A stretch of DNA of 64,000 nucleotides, taken from NCBI GenBank assembly GCA_047947115.1, contig CP170459.1, positions 4,736,001 through 4,800,000 of the forward strand, given 5' to 3'. Position numbers and translations under genes: made by a program. Of this stretch, positions 30,364 through 40,186 are shown one piece after another. The stretch comes from Verrucomicrobiota bacterium (GTDB lineage: Bacteria > Verrucomicrobiota > Verrucomicrobiia > Limisphaerales > AAA164-E04). Every line of letters begins with the position of its first letter. Positions within the stretch are counted from its first letter, which is position 1. The notes beneath the pieces were generated by a model that was given only the letters and a program-made list of their open reading frames with translations, ran no database searches and was not told the DNA's origin.

Positions 30364-31029
30364 TCATCCAATTTTCCGAATGGCGATGTTCGCCGCAGGA
30401 CCCAGTTCGGCTTTGACAAGTTTGCCTTGAAGAGAATTGCACCGAATGGTTTTGGGACCGTCACATACGATCTGTCCGGATCCATACATGCGAATCCGGT
30501 TGGCGTAAAGCGCATGGGTGGCTTTGGCGATGTTCAGAGTGGCTGTATCCTGAACGATGATGTCACCAAACAACGGCAGAAAGATGCTTGGTTTGACGAT
30601 TTGGATGAATCGATCCATCATCTCCAACGAAACGCCCGCAGTCAGTTGTCCCCCCATCACATATCCGGCGACCGCTCGATGAGCGATCCCCAGAGCACTG
30701 CCTTTGATGGACTCATCTTCGTGATCCAGATCATCCACCGAATGCACGCGAGTGGTTTTACCACCGCACCCGCAAGGAGATGTTCGGCCTTTCAATATGG
30801 CCTCAGGAAACCCAAGTGCCTGCCTAACATCCTGAATGGATGATGGTTGCACCCGCACGAAAGCCGATTCAAAACGGCTGGACGTGGGGCTTAAACTGAC
30901 CGCTTCCCCGGGTTCCACGACCAATTCCTGAGGGTGATCGACCTTGCATCGTTTAAGCAGGGCCTGTTGTTCCGAACGAAGGACCTCCCGAATACTCTCC
31001 GCCGTGTTAGTTTTATCTTTTTGTGTCAT
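30364..31029 (-). CDS. Hypothetical protein, first gene of the three-gene cassette
   Basis: Strong AAGGAG RBS before the ATG at 31029; C-terminal beta-solenoid-like periodicity (DIIVQDTATLNI..IRMYGSGQIV). Confidence 0.7.
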   Translation of the reverse strand: MTQKDKTNTAESIREVLRSEQQALLKRCKVDHPQELVVEPGEAVSLSPTSSRFESAFVRVQPSSIQDVRQALGFPEAILKGRTSPCGCGGKTTRVHSVDDLDHEDESIKGSALGIAHRAVAGYVMGGQLTAGVSLEMMDRFIQIVKPSIFLPLFGDIIVQDTATLNIAKATHALYANRIRMYGSGQIVCDGPKTIRCNSLQGKLVKAELGPAANIAIRKIG

Positions 31030-31534
31030 TTGTTTTACTCCTTTTTTATGTGATGCCAATGCATGATATCCAAATACCTTATGCATTTGTCATCCAAATT
31101 CCGAATGATTTTACGCCATTGAAGGAAGCCTGTTAAAAGTCATTTATGGTTCATTTAAAGTGGAATGTTGGACCTTGATCGAATAGTCGCACACTGCATC
31201 AAATGAACACAATGATGCCATAAGTGATATTTTTGAATATTTTTCTCTCTCCTTGTGATTCTCATTTATACATATATAATTAGTTTTTGCAATACATTTT
31301 TTAGAATGATTATGCGCCATATCAATCAGCATGAATCAACAAGGCAAATACCCGCCCCTTGAATCCAGCCTTATCCACACAAGGATAGTTTCGAAGGCCA
31401 ACAGATCCGGACCCCATTTAGGATAATCCATGGAACAGAAGGAAAATGAATCTACAAGCAACCTTGCCGGCATTCTGGGGCGACCGCCTTCAAATCGGCG
31501 TCGAGTCGCACGTAGTCCGAAGACTACCAAAAAC

Positions 31535-31576
31535 AAAAAACGTGAAGGCCGAAATAATCCGCACCTTCACGTCTTT
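31535..31576 (-). terminator. Intrinsic terminator downstream of the second kinase-WD40 gene
   Basis: ACGTGAAGG...CCTTCACGT stem preceded by A6 on the plus strand (U tract on the minus strand). Confidence 0.55.
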
Positions 31577-31600
31577 GCTGATGGATGACTGGCTGATTGT

Positions 31601-34600
31601 TTACTTCATGGCAAGTGTTCGGGCTTCTTCGATTTCCTCCCAGCTTGGAGCCCGCCACAGTTTCAATCCGGCTTCAGTGGTGCAACCCAGCCATTGGCCG
31701 TCGGGTGAGAAGGCGGCGTAATGGAAGTCTGAATACTCTGTTCCGAGGGATAGGACGGGTTGGCCCGTTTCCACATCCCAGAGCTGCAAACCATGTCGAT
31801 TCATTCCCTCCGTGACAAATCGGCGACTGTCCGGAGAAAAGGCGAGCAATCCCCAGTTGCTTACCGCTGTACGGGATGTAAAGACCGATTTCTCCTCATA
31901 CGTCTTTGCATCATACACATAGACAGCCCCAGAAGTACGGCCAGCGTGGGATCTAATTGCCAGCAATTTTCCATCAGGAGAAAAACTGGCATGTGTTGCA
32001 ACCTTCCACTCCGTATTAAGAATCTCATCCCTGTTTCTCTGTCGATCGTGGATAAGCGCCCCCAGATCACTTGAACCATTGGTCCGAACAAACACATTTT
32101 CGTCCGGTGAGTATGCCGCGAATGCATGCACGCCATGGTATAGGGTGGTTGAGCTTAAAATCTTTGAATGCCTTAGATCATGAAACTCAAACTGCTTTAC
32201 CCTGAAACCATCAGAACGTTCAGCTTCTATGGCAACCACTCCATCATTCTTTACATGAATGATTCGCACCCGTTTTTCACCCACTTTTCGACGAACGCTT
32301 TGACGGTTCGGGACATCCCACAGGGTAACGAAGCCATCCGAGGAACCGATTGCCAAAAAACGGGCGTCTGGTGAGAATGCTTTAATCCTTTGCCTGGCGG
32401 GTTCTTCGATTTGAAACAGGGTTTCCAGCTCCTGGTAAGCGGGGCCTTTTCTGCGCACAACTTGCGTGCCTTCAATCGTAACCAGGATTTCGCCATCCTG
32501 TGAAAAAGCAAATCCGGAACCTGTCACATCCTTAATCTCCAACTCGTCAGGCACTACCCCATCCTGATTCAGATTCCAGATAAACAAATCTCCTCCCCCT
32601 GAGCCGATCAATGTTTTCTGATCCGGAGCCAAGGCAAGCTGCGTCACCCATGACTCATGCCCCCGAAGGATTCGTATCATGCCGGGTGAGCGAGGATCTG
32701 AAATATCCCACAGGCGAATGGACTGGTCGAGTGATGCGGTCGCGATGGTCTTTGCATCTGGCCAGAAGACGATTTCACTCACCGAATCAACATGCCCAAG
32801 CAACGTTGAAAGCTTCTGGCCGGTTGATAGATCCCATAAAACCGGTCCCCTTTTAAAGTCATGCTGAATGGCACTGGCAACAACGGCAATCCGACCATCC
32901 GGTGAAATGGCGACTCCGTTGATATTGCCATCAGCCGGAAGCTTTTTAAGAAGCTCCCCAGTCCTCAAATCAACGGTTTGAACAAAATCCTGAGCTGCAT
33001 AAATAGCTGTCCGAGCCTGTCGATCAATGGCAAAGGATTCCCACCGACTAAAAAACACATTCATCCCAGGAGCTTGTACAGTATTGATGGTTTTCTTCTG
33101 TTCGATATCCCACTGAACGATACAAGAGGCATCATCCGGTAACTGATTCGCCACAATGAGCACTTTCCATCGGAAATGAAAGCAAGTCCCTCACAAGTAC
33201 CCTGCAACGTGAAAGAAGCAACACTTTCCTGTGTATCGGCATTCCATAGATGCATCCGGGTCACTTTGCCTTCCGATGTATCCTGACTGTTATAGGCCAA
33301 CAAATTGGAGACCGGTGAAAAAGCGAGTCTTACACGTCCGTATTTCACTTCGGGCGCAGAGGTCAACCTTTGGCCGGATTCCAGGTTCCACACACAAAGA
33401 GCATCTTGTCCTCCCACCGATGCCGATCCATCAGCAAACCATTTACCATCTGGAGAAAAAGACAATGAGTGACCATTTCCACCATGGGGCATTGACAGCT
33501 GTTGACGCTTGCCGCCCTGAGTTTTAAGCCATAGATGACGCCATTCCCAGCCCTGGAGATTCTTCTGGGAAGCTTGACGTTGCATCAGGCGTTTGGCCTG
33601 CCCAAACTCCTCGTCGTCCAAGGCGCGGCCTACATCTCGCATATCCGCCGCATACAATAGTCGACGCGCTTCCAGTTCGTTCCGCTCAGCTTGCTGACGT
33701 TGATCATCGGCGGTGGCTTTTGCCTCTTCGGCTTCCTTTCTTTTTTCCTCGGCCAACACTTTTTGATGCGCTTCCGAATCCCTGGCGTTTTGAGCGCTGA
33801 TCGCCTGAGCGGTCGAAACAACAGTTCCGATCACCAACGCAATCGCGATTCCCGCGGCGGCGGCAAAGGTGGGTTTATGTCGGTAGTAAAGCTTGGCAAG
33901 CTGGTATGGGAAGGATGCTTTGGCGGCGAGAACCGGCTCATCACTCAAATGCCTGCGGATATCTTCAGCGAGTCCGTTGGCGGTTTCGTAGCGACGGGTG
34001 CGATCTTTTTCCAAGGTTTTTAGAACGATCCAGTCCAAATCCCCACGGAGCTGTTTGGTCAGGTTCCCCCATTCGCCGGATCGGTTCTTGGCAACGATGG
34101 TTTGTTGCTACCCAACCAAGGTGCTCATCCGCAATGAAGGACGTTCGGGTTCCTGCTCGGCGATGATGCGTTGCATTTCGCCATATCCTTTGGACAGAAG
34201 TTCCTTCTCTGGAAAGGGTGTGGTTCCGGTTAACAGTTCATAGAGCAAAACTCCTAGTGAATAAACGTCCGACCGGGTGTCCACATCCAGGCCACTCATC
34301 TCAGCCTGTTCCGGACTCATGTACGCCGGCGTGCCGATCATATGGGCAAAATGGGTGAATAACGTCTTCTCGGTCAGACGTTGATTGGTTGCCTTGGCGA
34401 TACCGAAATCAATCACCTTGGGAACCGGTTTACCATCGTGAAGCGTGACAAGAATGTTGCCCGGTTTGATGTCCCGATGAATCACTCCTTTTTGATGGGC
34501 GTGCTGAATGGATTTGCAGACCTGAATGAACAATTCTAGCCGTTCGCGCGTGCTCAGATGGTTTTTGTCGCAATAAGTGTGGATCGGCACCCCCTTGACC

Positions 34601-35073
34601 AGTTCCATCACAAAATAGGGGCGACCGGTTTCGGTGGAACCGGCGTCCAACACCTTGGCAATGTTCGGATGATCCATCAATGCCAGCGCCTGACGTTCCG
34701 CTTCGAAACGTGCGACAACCGATTTGGTGTCCATACCGAGCTTGATGATTTTCAGCGCGACCTTGCGGCGCACGGGTTCGGTTTGTTCCGCCATGAACAC
34801 CATTCCCATGCCTCCTTCGCCGATCTTTTGAAGGAGTTTATAGCGATCTATGATCGTCCCGGGTTGTTCGGACAAGGGCCGATGATTCGCCAGCGTGGGT
34901 GCCTCTGGCAGAAACTGATCCGCGTCATCGTGGGCCCGGATCAAGGTATCCACCTTCTGACGAAGAACGGCGTCCTGACCACAAGCCCCACTCAAAAATG
35001 CGGCGCGTTGGTCTGCTGTGTATTGGAGGGCCTGATTGAACAGCTCCTTAACTTGATGATGATTTGTTTCCAT
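31601..35073 (-). pseudogene. Ser/Thr kinase-TM-WD40 gene broken by a nonsense codon and a frameshift
   Basis: [26 protein letters not shown]. In-frame TAG at 34108-34110 (STLVG*QQTIVAKNR..LRGDLDWIVLK); frame change at ~33165 (SDGK/VLIVAN). Confidence 0.85.
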
Positions 35074-35237
35074 AAGCCTGATGTAATGTTCGATCAGGTT
35101 GGCGCCATCCGACAAAAAAATGGCTCAATTATTTTTGAGTTTTTTATCATTCGAACCTATTTGTTTCAAATTCCAAGGGAAACCATTTCAAAAACGGGTA
35201 TGATTTGTAATGCCGAAATCTGTCTTCACAAAACAGC

Positions 35238-35438
35238 TTTTGGAGTGCTGTGGCTCGACACAGCTTTGGATGCCTTCCCTTATCCCATCAGCTCTGGAAC
35301 TTCCAGGAACATCGCCCTTACGCCACCGTCAATCAACAACGGGCCAGGGATCGAGGAAGCGTACGAGTCTTAAAAATGCTCACCTCGACGTCATTGGACC
35401 GTATCCAAAGCGGCGCCGAGTCGCGCGCAGCCCGAAAG
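35238..35438. repeat. Imperfect inverted pair of REP-like palindromes
   Basis: TTTTGGAGTGCTGTGGCTCGACACAGCTTTGGAT (35238-35271) and ATCCAAAGCGGCGCCGAGTCGCGCGCAGCCCGAAAG (35403-35438) are approximate reverse complements. Confidence 0.5.
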
Positions 35439-35547
35439 AACGCTAGATTATTCTAACACTATTGCAATTATATAGTAACAAAAGAAAGCATCCACTAGAA
35501 CGACAGGATCGTCTTGACAGCACGCCGTCCATGCATAGCATGGAACC

Positions 35548-35769
35548 ATGCAAAAAATGCAAATACTGTTTCCCGATCCGATGATGAAACAAATGAGAGA
35601 GTTGGCGGCACGCGAAGATGTTTCTGTCAGTGATCTGGTTCGTAGGGCGACACAAAGTTGGATGGAGAGGTTTCCAGTAAATAATCCGACACGCCGACAA
35701 GTTCCAGTGATTGATGCCGGACGGTGTCTTTTGGATTCGGATGAATTGAAGGAAGCGCTTTATGAATAG
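35548..35769 (+). CDS. vapB: Ribbon-helix-helix antitoxin (VapB-like)
   Basis: MQKMQILFPD..LAAREDVSVSDLVRRA RHH pattern; overlaps the PIN gene by 8 nt. Confidence 0.75.
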   Translation: MQKMQILFPDPMMKQMRELAAREDVSVSDLVRRATQSWMERFPVNNPTRRQVPVIDAGRCLLDSDELKEALYE

Positions 35770-36199
35770 TTTGGATACCAATCTACTCATCTACGCGGTC
35801 AATCGCGGTTGTGAGGAACACGTTCAAGCCAAAAAAGTGTATGAATGGATGTTGAACGCTCCAAGCGACTGGATCATCAGTGATCAGATTCTTTTTGAAT
35901 TCTATCGTGGGTTACGTCATCCAAAAATTCTCGAACGTCCTTTAAATCACAGGGAGGCTTTAAAACAAATAACCTTCTTAAGAGAAGATTCCGGGGTTCT
36001 TCACTGTACCTACGAAACCTCTTTTTGGGATAATCTCATCCACGACAAAAAATGGAAACCAGGAAAATCGGTCCATGTTTTTGATCGGGTATTGGCAGTG
36101 ACTCTCCTCAAAAACGGAGTCAAAACCTTCTATACCAGAAACACAAAAGATTTCAAATCGTTTGAATTCGATCAACTCATTAACCCGATTGATGGGTAA
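35762..36199 (+). CDS. vapC: PIN-domain toxin (VapC-like)
   Basis: SLDTNLLIYA, ILFEFY, VFDRVLA, YTRNTKDF. Confidence 0.88.
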   Translation: MNSLDTNLLIYAVNRGCEEHVQAKKVYEWMLNAPSDWIISDQILFEFYRGLRHPKILERPLNHREALKQITFLREDSGVLHCTYETSFWDNLIHDKKWKPGKSVHVFDRVLAVTLLKNGVKTFYTRNTKDFKSFEFDQLINPIDG

Positions 36200-36232
36200 T
36201 CCTGCAAAGGAGGGGGCTACTCCCGGCACCTT

Positions 36233-36786
36233 TTATTTTATGTTTTTCAACTCCCGGAACAACCAGGCACGCGCGAAGGCCCATTGGCGTTTGGCGGTGG
36301 CTTCCGAGATTCCCAGCGCCTGGGACGCTTCGGCGATGCTGAGTCCGACGTAATAGCGCAGTTTGACGAGTTCCGCCTTTTCGGGTTGCTGCTCGGCAAG
36401 TCGATTCAGGGCTTCGTCCACCATCAACAGACTTTCATCCGATGCCTCAATCGCCACATCGATTTGATTGAGATCGATGTGTTGCGCTCCCCCGCCCCGC
36501 CGTAGCCGACCTCGTTTGCGAGCGCGCTCGATCAGGATGCGCCGCATGGATTCCGCGGCGGCATTAAAGAAGTGGCGTCGATCCCGCCAATCCTGATTCG
36601 ACCCACCAGACGCATCCAAGCTTCGTGGACCAAAGCAGTGGGTTGCAAGGTTTGCCCGGGAGACTCCTGATTCATCTTGTATTGGGCCAATCGCCGCAAC
36701 TCATCATAAACCAGGGGAAGCAGATCATCCGCTGCCTTGGGATCACCTTGATCAATGGATTCGAGAAGTCGGGTAATGTCAGACAC
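36233..36786 (-). pseudogene. ECF sigma factor (Rhodopirellula/Verrucomicrobium type), frameshifted
   Basis: [29 protein letters not shown] continues in another frame as [34 protein letters not shown]; shift at ~36602. Confidence 0.85.
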
Positions 36787-37073
36787 GAGATCAAACTACC
36801 CAAGCGTTGAAGGAACGTAAAGTGCGCATGCGCCTTCCCAAGATCCATCGGCATATTTTAATCATCCGATCCCAAATCGCCAAGGCGAGCCGTTTTCCGA
36901 CAGAATGAATAATGAATAGACATACATTGCGGAGTGACAGCCATGAGCCGCGGCCGTTTTTTCAAGGCATGGCGGTCGACTGATTGAGCTGGCGCCATGG
37001 GAAGATATAGCTACTTGGTGGCATGTTTCCTCAAATCGATCGTAACTTGTCTTAAGTTCGTCTTTCTGCTCAA

Positions 37074-38000
37074 ATGCCCGCCATGTGCATTGCATTCAGA
37101 AAGTTGAGTTTGTTTCGCTTTTCATGGACGCTCCTTTTTTGCCTCACAATATCAATACTTCATGCCGGTTCTGAATCCAATCCCAACATCGTCATCCTTT
37201 TTGCAGATGACGTGGGATATGGAGACCTCGGATGCTACGGGGCCACACATATCAGCACCCCTCATATTGATCGATTGGCCCGGCAAGGACGCCGTTTCAC
37301 GGATGCCCATTCCGCCTCGGCTGTCTGTTCACCATCACGGTATGCATTGATGACCGGACGTTATCCCGTGCGCCACGGGACCTTGTGGAGCCCCATCTTT
37401 CTGCGTCGACCACTGGTCATTGATCCGGATCGCACCACCATCGCGGATATCGCCAAGAGAGCAGGATACGCAACCACCTGCATCGGCAAATGGCATCTGG
37501 GTTTCGGTATAGAAACCCCAACAAACTGGAATGCCGAACTGAAACCCGGTCCTTTGGAACTTGGGTTTGATTCATTTTTCGGCATCCCGGTCGTCAACAG
37601 TCATCCACCCTTTGTGTTTATCGGAAACCATCGGGTATTGGGATGGGATTCGGCGGATCAATTGGTTAATGGAGAAAAAGCCAAAACGCGCGTGTTTGAT
37701 GAAAAGTTTCGAATCGATCAAATCGGCGGCGCTGACAAGGCGTATGCCCTCTATGATGGTGAAAAAGTCGGCACGGAACTGATGAATCGAGCCCGCCGGT
37801 GGATCACCCAACAATCCCAAAGTGAGAAACCCTTCTTTCTGTACTTTGCCAGTCACGCGATCCATCACCCCTTCTCCACGTTGGAAAGGCAGCAGCAAAG
37901 CGGAGCCTTACGGGGATTTCATGCAGGAACTGGATTGGATGATCGGAGAGATTCTACGTTCAGTGGATGAGAATGACGTCTCCGACAACACACTCGATAA
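37074..38000 (+). pseudogene. Truncated, frameshifted arylsulfatase
   Basis: PNIVILFADDVGYGD, CSPSRYALMTGRY, GKWHLG; frame change near 37875 to YGDFMQELDWMIGEIL..DNTL; the C-terminal half is absent. Confidence 0.8.
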
Positions 38001-38002
38001 CC

Positions 38003-38386
38003 ATGCAAAAAGATCCAGGCAGCACATTTGAGTTGGACGAATCCGAACTGGAGGAGACCTTCAGTCGTTCGGCGGGTCCCGGGGGACAACATGTCAACAA
38101 GGTGTCCACGCGAGTTGTCTTGAGGCACATTCCTACCGGACTGCAGGTCGCCGTACAGGAAGGCCGCAGCCAATCGGCCAACCGCCGCAAAGCACGCGAA
38201 CTCCTGCGTGAGATGATCCTTGAACGCGCGCGCGAACGCAAACTTGCCCAACAAAACGAACGTGAAAAGAAGCGACGCCAAAAAGCCATCCGCCCCCCGA
38301 AAGTCAAACGCCGCATCCTCGAAAACAAACGACGCCGTTCAGAAACCAAAGCCCGCCGCAAAAAAAGCTTCTCAAGAGATGATTGA
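38003..38386 (+). CDS. arfB: Alternative ribosome-rescue peptidyl-tRNA hydrolase (ArfB-like)
   Basis: FSRSAGPGGQHVNKVST, RSQSANR, long basic C-terminal tail. Confidence 0.85.
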   Translation: MQKDPGSTFELDESELEETFSRSAGPGGQHVNKVSTRVVLRHIPTGLQVAVQEGRSQSANRRKARELLREMILERARERKLAQQNEREKKRRQKAIRPPKVKRRILENKRRRSETKARRKKSFSRDD

Positions 38387-38451
38387 ACCTTTGATTTCTA
38401 ACCACAGATTAAAAAAGCGGGAACAGGTCCAGAGGCAAAAAAATCACCCTT

Positions 38452-38628
38452 CTAACATTCATCCTTTGCCTCGTGCTTTGACTGCTGGTTCTTGCGCTTA
38501 TTCACCGCCTGTTTCAGAAGAAACTCCATTTGACCATTCACACTCCTCATGTCCTCCTGGGCCCAAGCTTCCAGCTCATCCCACAGTTTGGGATTCATAC
38601 GAAGGAGAAATGCTTTTCGTTTTGCCAT
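38452..38628 (-). CDS. Arc-like ribbon-helix-helix DNA-binding protein
   Basis: KRKAFLLRMNPKLWDELEAWAQEDMRSVNGQMEFLL; this type usually accompanies SPFH genes. Confidence 0.85.
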   Translation of the reverse strand: MAKRKAFLLRMNPKLWDELEAWAQEDMRSVNGQMEFLLKQAVNKRKNQQSKHEAKDEC

Positions 38629-38653
38629 GAGCAATCATTCTTCAATGCAGCAA

Positions 38654-38730
38654 ACCTAACACCTAACACCTAACACCTAACACCTAACACCTAACACCTA
38701 ACACCTAACACCTAACAGCTAACAGCTAAC
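38654..38730. repeat. Heptamer tandem repeat, (ACCTAAC)9(AGCTAAC)2
   Basis: Eleven contiguous 7-bp units read directly from the sequence. Confidence 0.97.
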
Positions 38731-39200
38731 AAAAAACTCTCAGGTGAATCCGGGCTGATCACGAGTTTTTTTCCTTTCACTTCCAGCACCACCGACTTCT
38801 TTGTATCCGTGACCCAACACCGAAAAGTGCCGAGCTTTTTAGATCGAAAGTAACCACTGAAAGAGAACAATCCACCGTTCCCAAAGGTTTTAAAACAACG
38901 ACGAAAAGCCTCAGGCTCCTGGTAAGCCTTTTCTAAATCCCGTAAATCAATTCGGGTTTCCCATATCAACCGCTGCACATACAAAGTTTGATCCTGCAAA
39001 CGATAACCCCTTACAGTAAAAAGCGCGGTCAACAACCAGATACAATTCATGGCGACCGAAGGAAACCAGACACCCGGTTTCTGAACACTTATTAGAAAAA
39101 TGGAGAAACCAACGAACATCGCGGTAGCGCCCCATGAAATCCACATCAACGAGGGACTCCATGGGGCGTCAAATGAACCACTGTAGTATTTCGTCTTCAC
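38712..39200 (-). CDS. Membrane protein with a bacterial PH domain
   Basis: Two N-terminal TM segments; KTFGNGGLFSFSGYF, LVISPDSPE. Confidence 0.75.
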   Translation of the reverse strand: MKTKYYSGSFDAPWSPSLMWISWGATAMFVGFSIFLISVQKPGVWFPSVAMNCIWLLTALFTVRGYRLQDQTLYVQRLIWETRIDLRDLEKAYQEPEAFRRCFKTFGNGGLFSFSGYFRSKKLGTFRCWVTDTKKSVVLEVKGKKLVISPDSPESFLLAVSC

Positions 39201-39211
39201 GAAGGAATCTA

Positions 39212-40111
39212 TTAAGAATACAATGTGCCGGTGTTAATGATCGGGTTCACTTCCGATTCACCACAAAGGACGACGAGCAGGTTGCTCACCATGCTGGCTT
39301 TTCGTTCTTCATCCAAATCGATGACCTGCTTTTCCGCCAAACTTTGGAGAGCCATTTCCACCATCCCGACCGCACCCTGAACAATTTTGGTTCGAGCGGC
39401 AATGATGGCTTCAGCTTGCTGGCGTCTCAGCATGGCCTGGGCGATTTCCGGAGCATAAGCCAAGTGGGTGATGCGGGCTTCCAAGACTTCCACTCCGGCA
39501 TTACCCAGACGTTCCTGAAGTTCCTTCTGCATCTCTTCCGCTACTTCCTCGCGTCCACTCCGTAGCGTGGTTTCCTCATTTTCGCCGTGGTCGTAGTTGT
39601 AAAGCCCAGCCAGATGACGAATGGCGGATTCACTTTGAATCCTCACGAAGTGCTGATAATCGTCCACATCAAAAACCGCTTGAGCCGTATCCATCACACG
39701 CCAAACCACAACCGCGGCAATTTCAATGGGATTTCCACCTTTGTCATTCACCTTCAACTTTTCCCCATCCAGGTTGCGAGCACGCAGGGAAATGCGTGTC
39801 TTGGTGTAAAACGGATTGGTCCAGTGAAATCCGCTCGATCGTTCGGTCCCCTTGTAATGTCCGAACAAGATCAACACACGCGCCTCGTTCGGTTGCAGCG
39901 TGAAAAACCCGCCAAAACAGATGACGGATGCGATGATGGCCAGGATGGGAAGAACGATCCATACCACCGACGGATCATTCGTGTTGGCGTTCCAAATCAA
40001 ACTAAAGATGGAACCCGGTATCAGCAAAAGGATAACAAAAAGAACGGGCCATCCGCTCATGGTGCTGATTGATAATTCTCGACTAGGTTGTGACTTTTGG
40101 GGCGTTGTCAT
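39212..40111 (-). CDS. SPFH (band 7) domain protein
   Basis: [49 protein letters not shown]. Confidence 0.92.
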   Translation of the reverse strand: MTTPQKSQPSRELSISTMSGWPVLFVILLLIPGSIFSLIWNANTNDPSVVWIVLPILAIIASVICFGGFFTLQPNEARVLILFGHYKGTERSSGFHWTNPFYTKTRISLRARNLDGEKLKVNDKGGNPIEIAAVVVWRVMDTAQAVFDVDDYQHFVRIQSESAIRHLAGLYNYDHGENEETTLRSGREEVAEEMQKELQERLGNAGVEVLEARITHLAYAPEIAQAMLRRQQAEAIIAARTKIVQGAVGMVEMALQSLAEKQVIDLDEERKASMVSNLLVVLCGESEVNPIINTGTLYS

Positions 40112-40120
40112 ATGTTTTCT

Positions 40121-40151
40121 CCGTTATCAATGTGATATCACACTGTAATCA
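40121..40151. promoter_or_regulatory. Candidate RHH operator upstream of the SPFH operon
   Basis: Perfect palindrome TGTGATATCACA (40131-40142) flanked by degenerate half-sites GTTATCA and GTAATCA at ~11-bp spacing. Confidence 0.5.
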
Positions 40152-40186
40152 AATACCCATAGGAAGCCTGATTGTTTCAATCCATG

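Noticed and set aside
38654..38730. CRISPR array or eukaryotic telomere contamination (TTAGG-like)
   Set aside because: 7-bp units with no spacers, embedded in a coherent bacterial operon.
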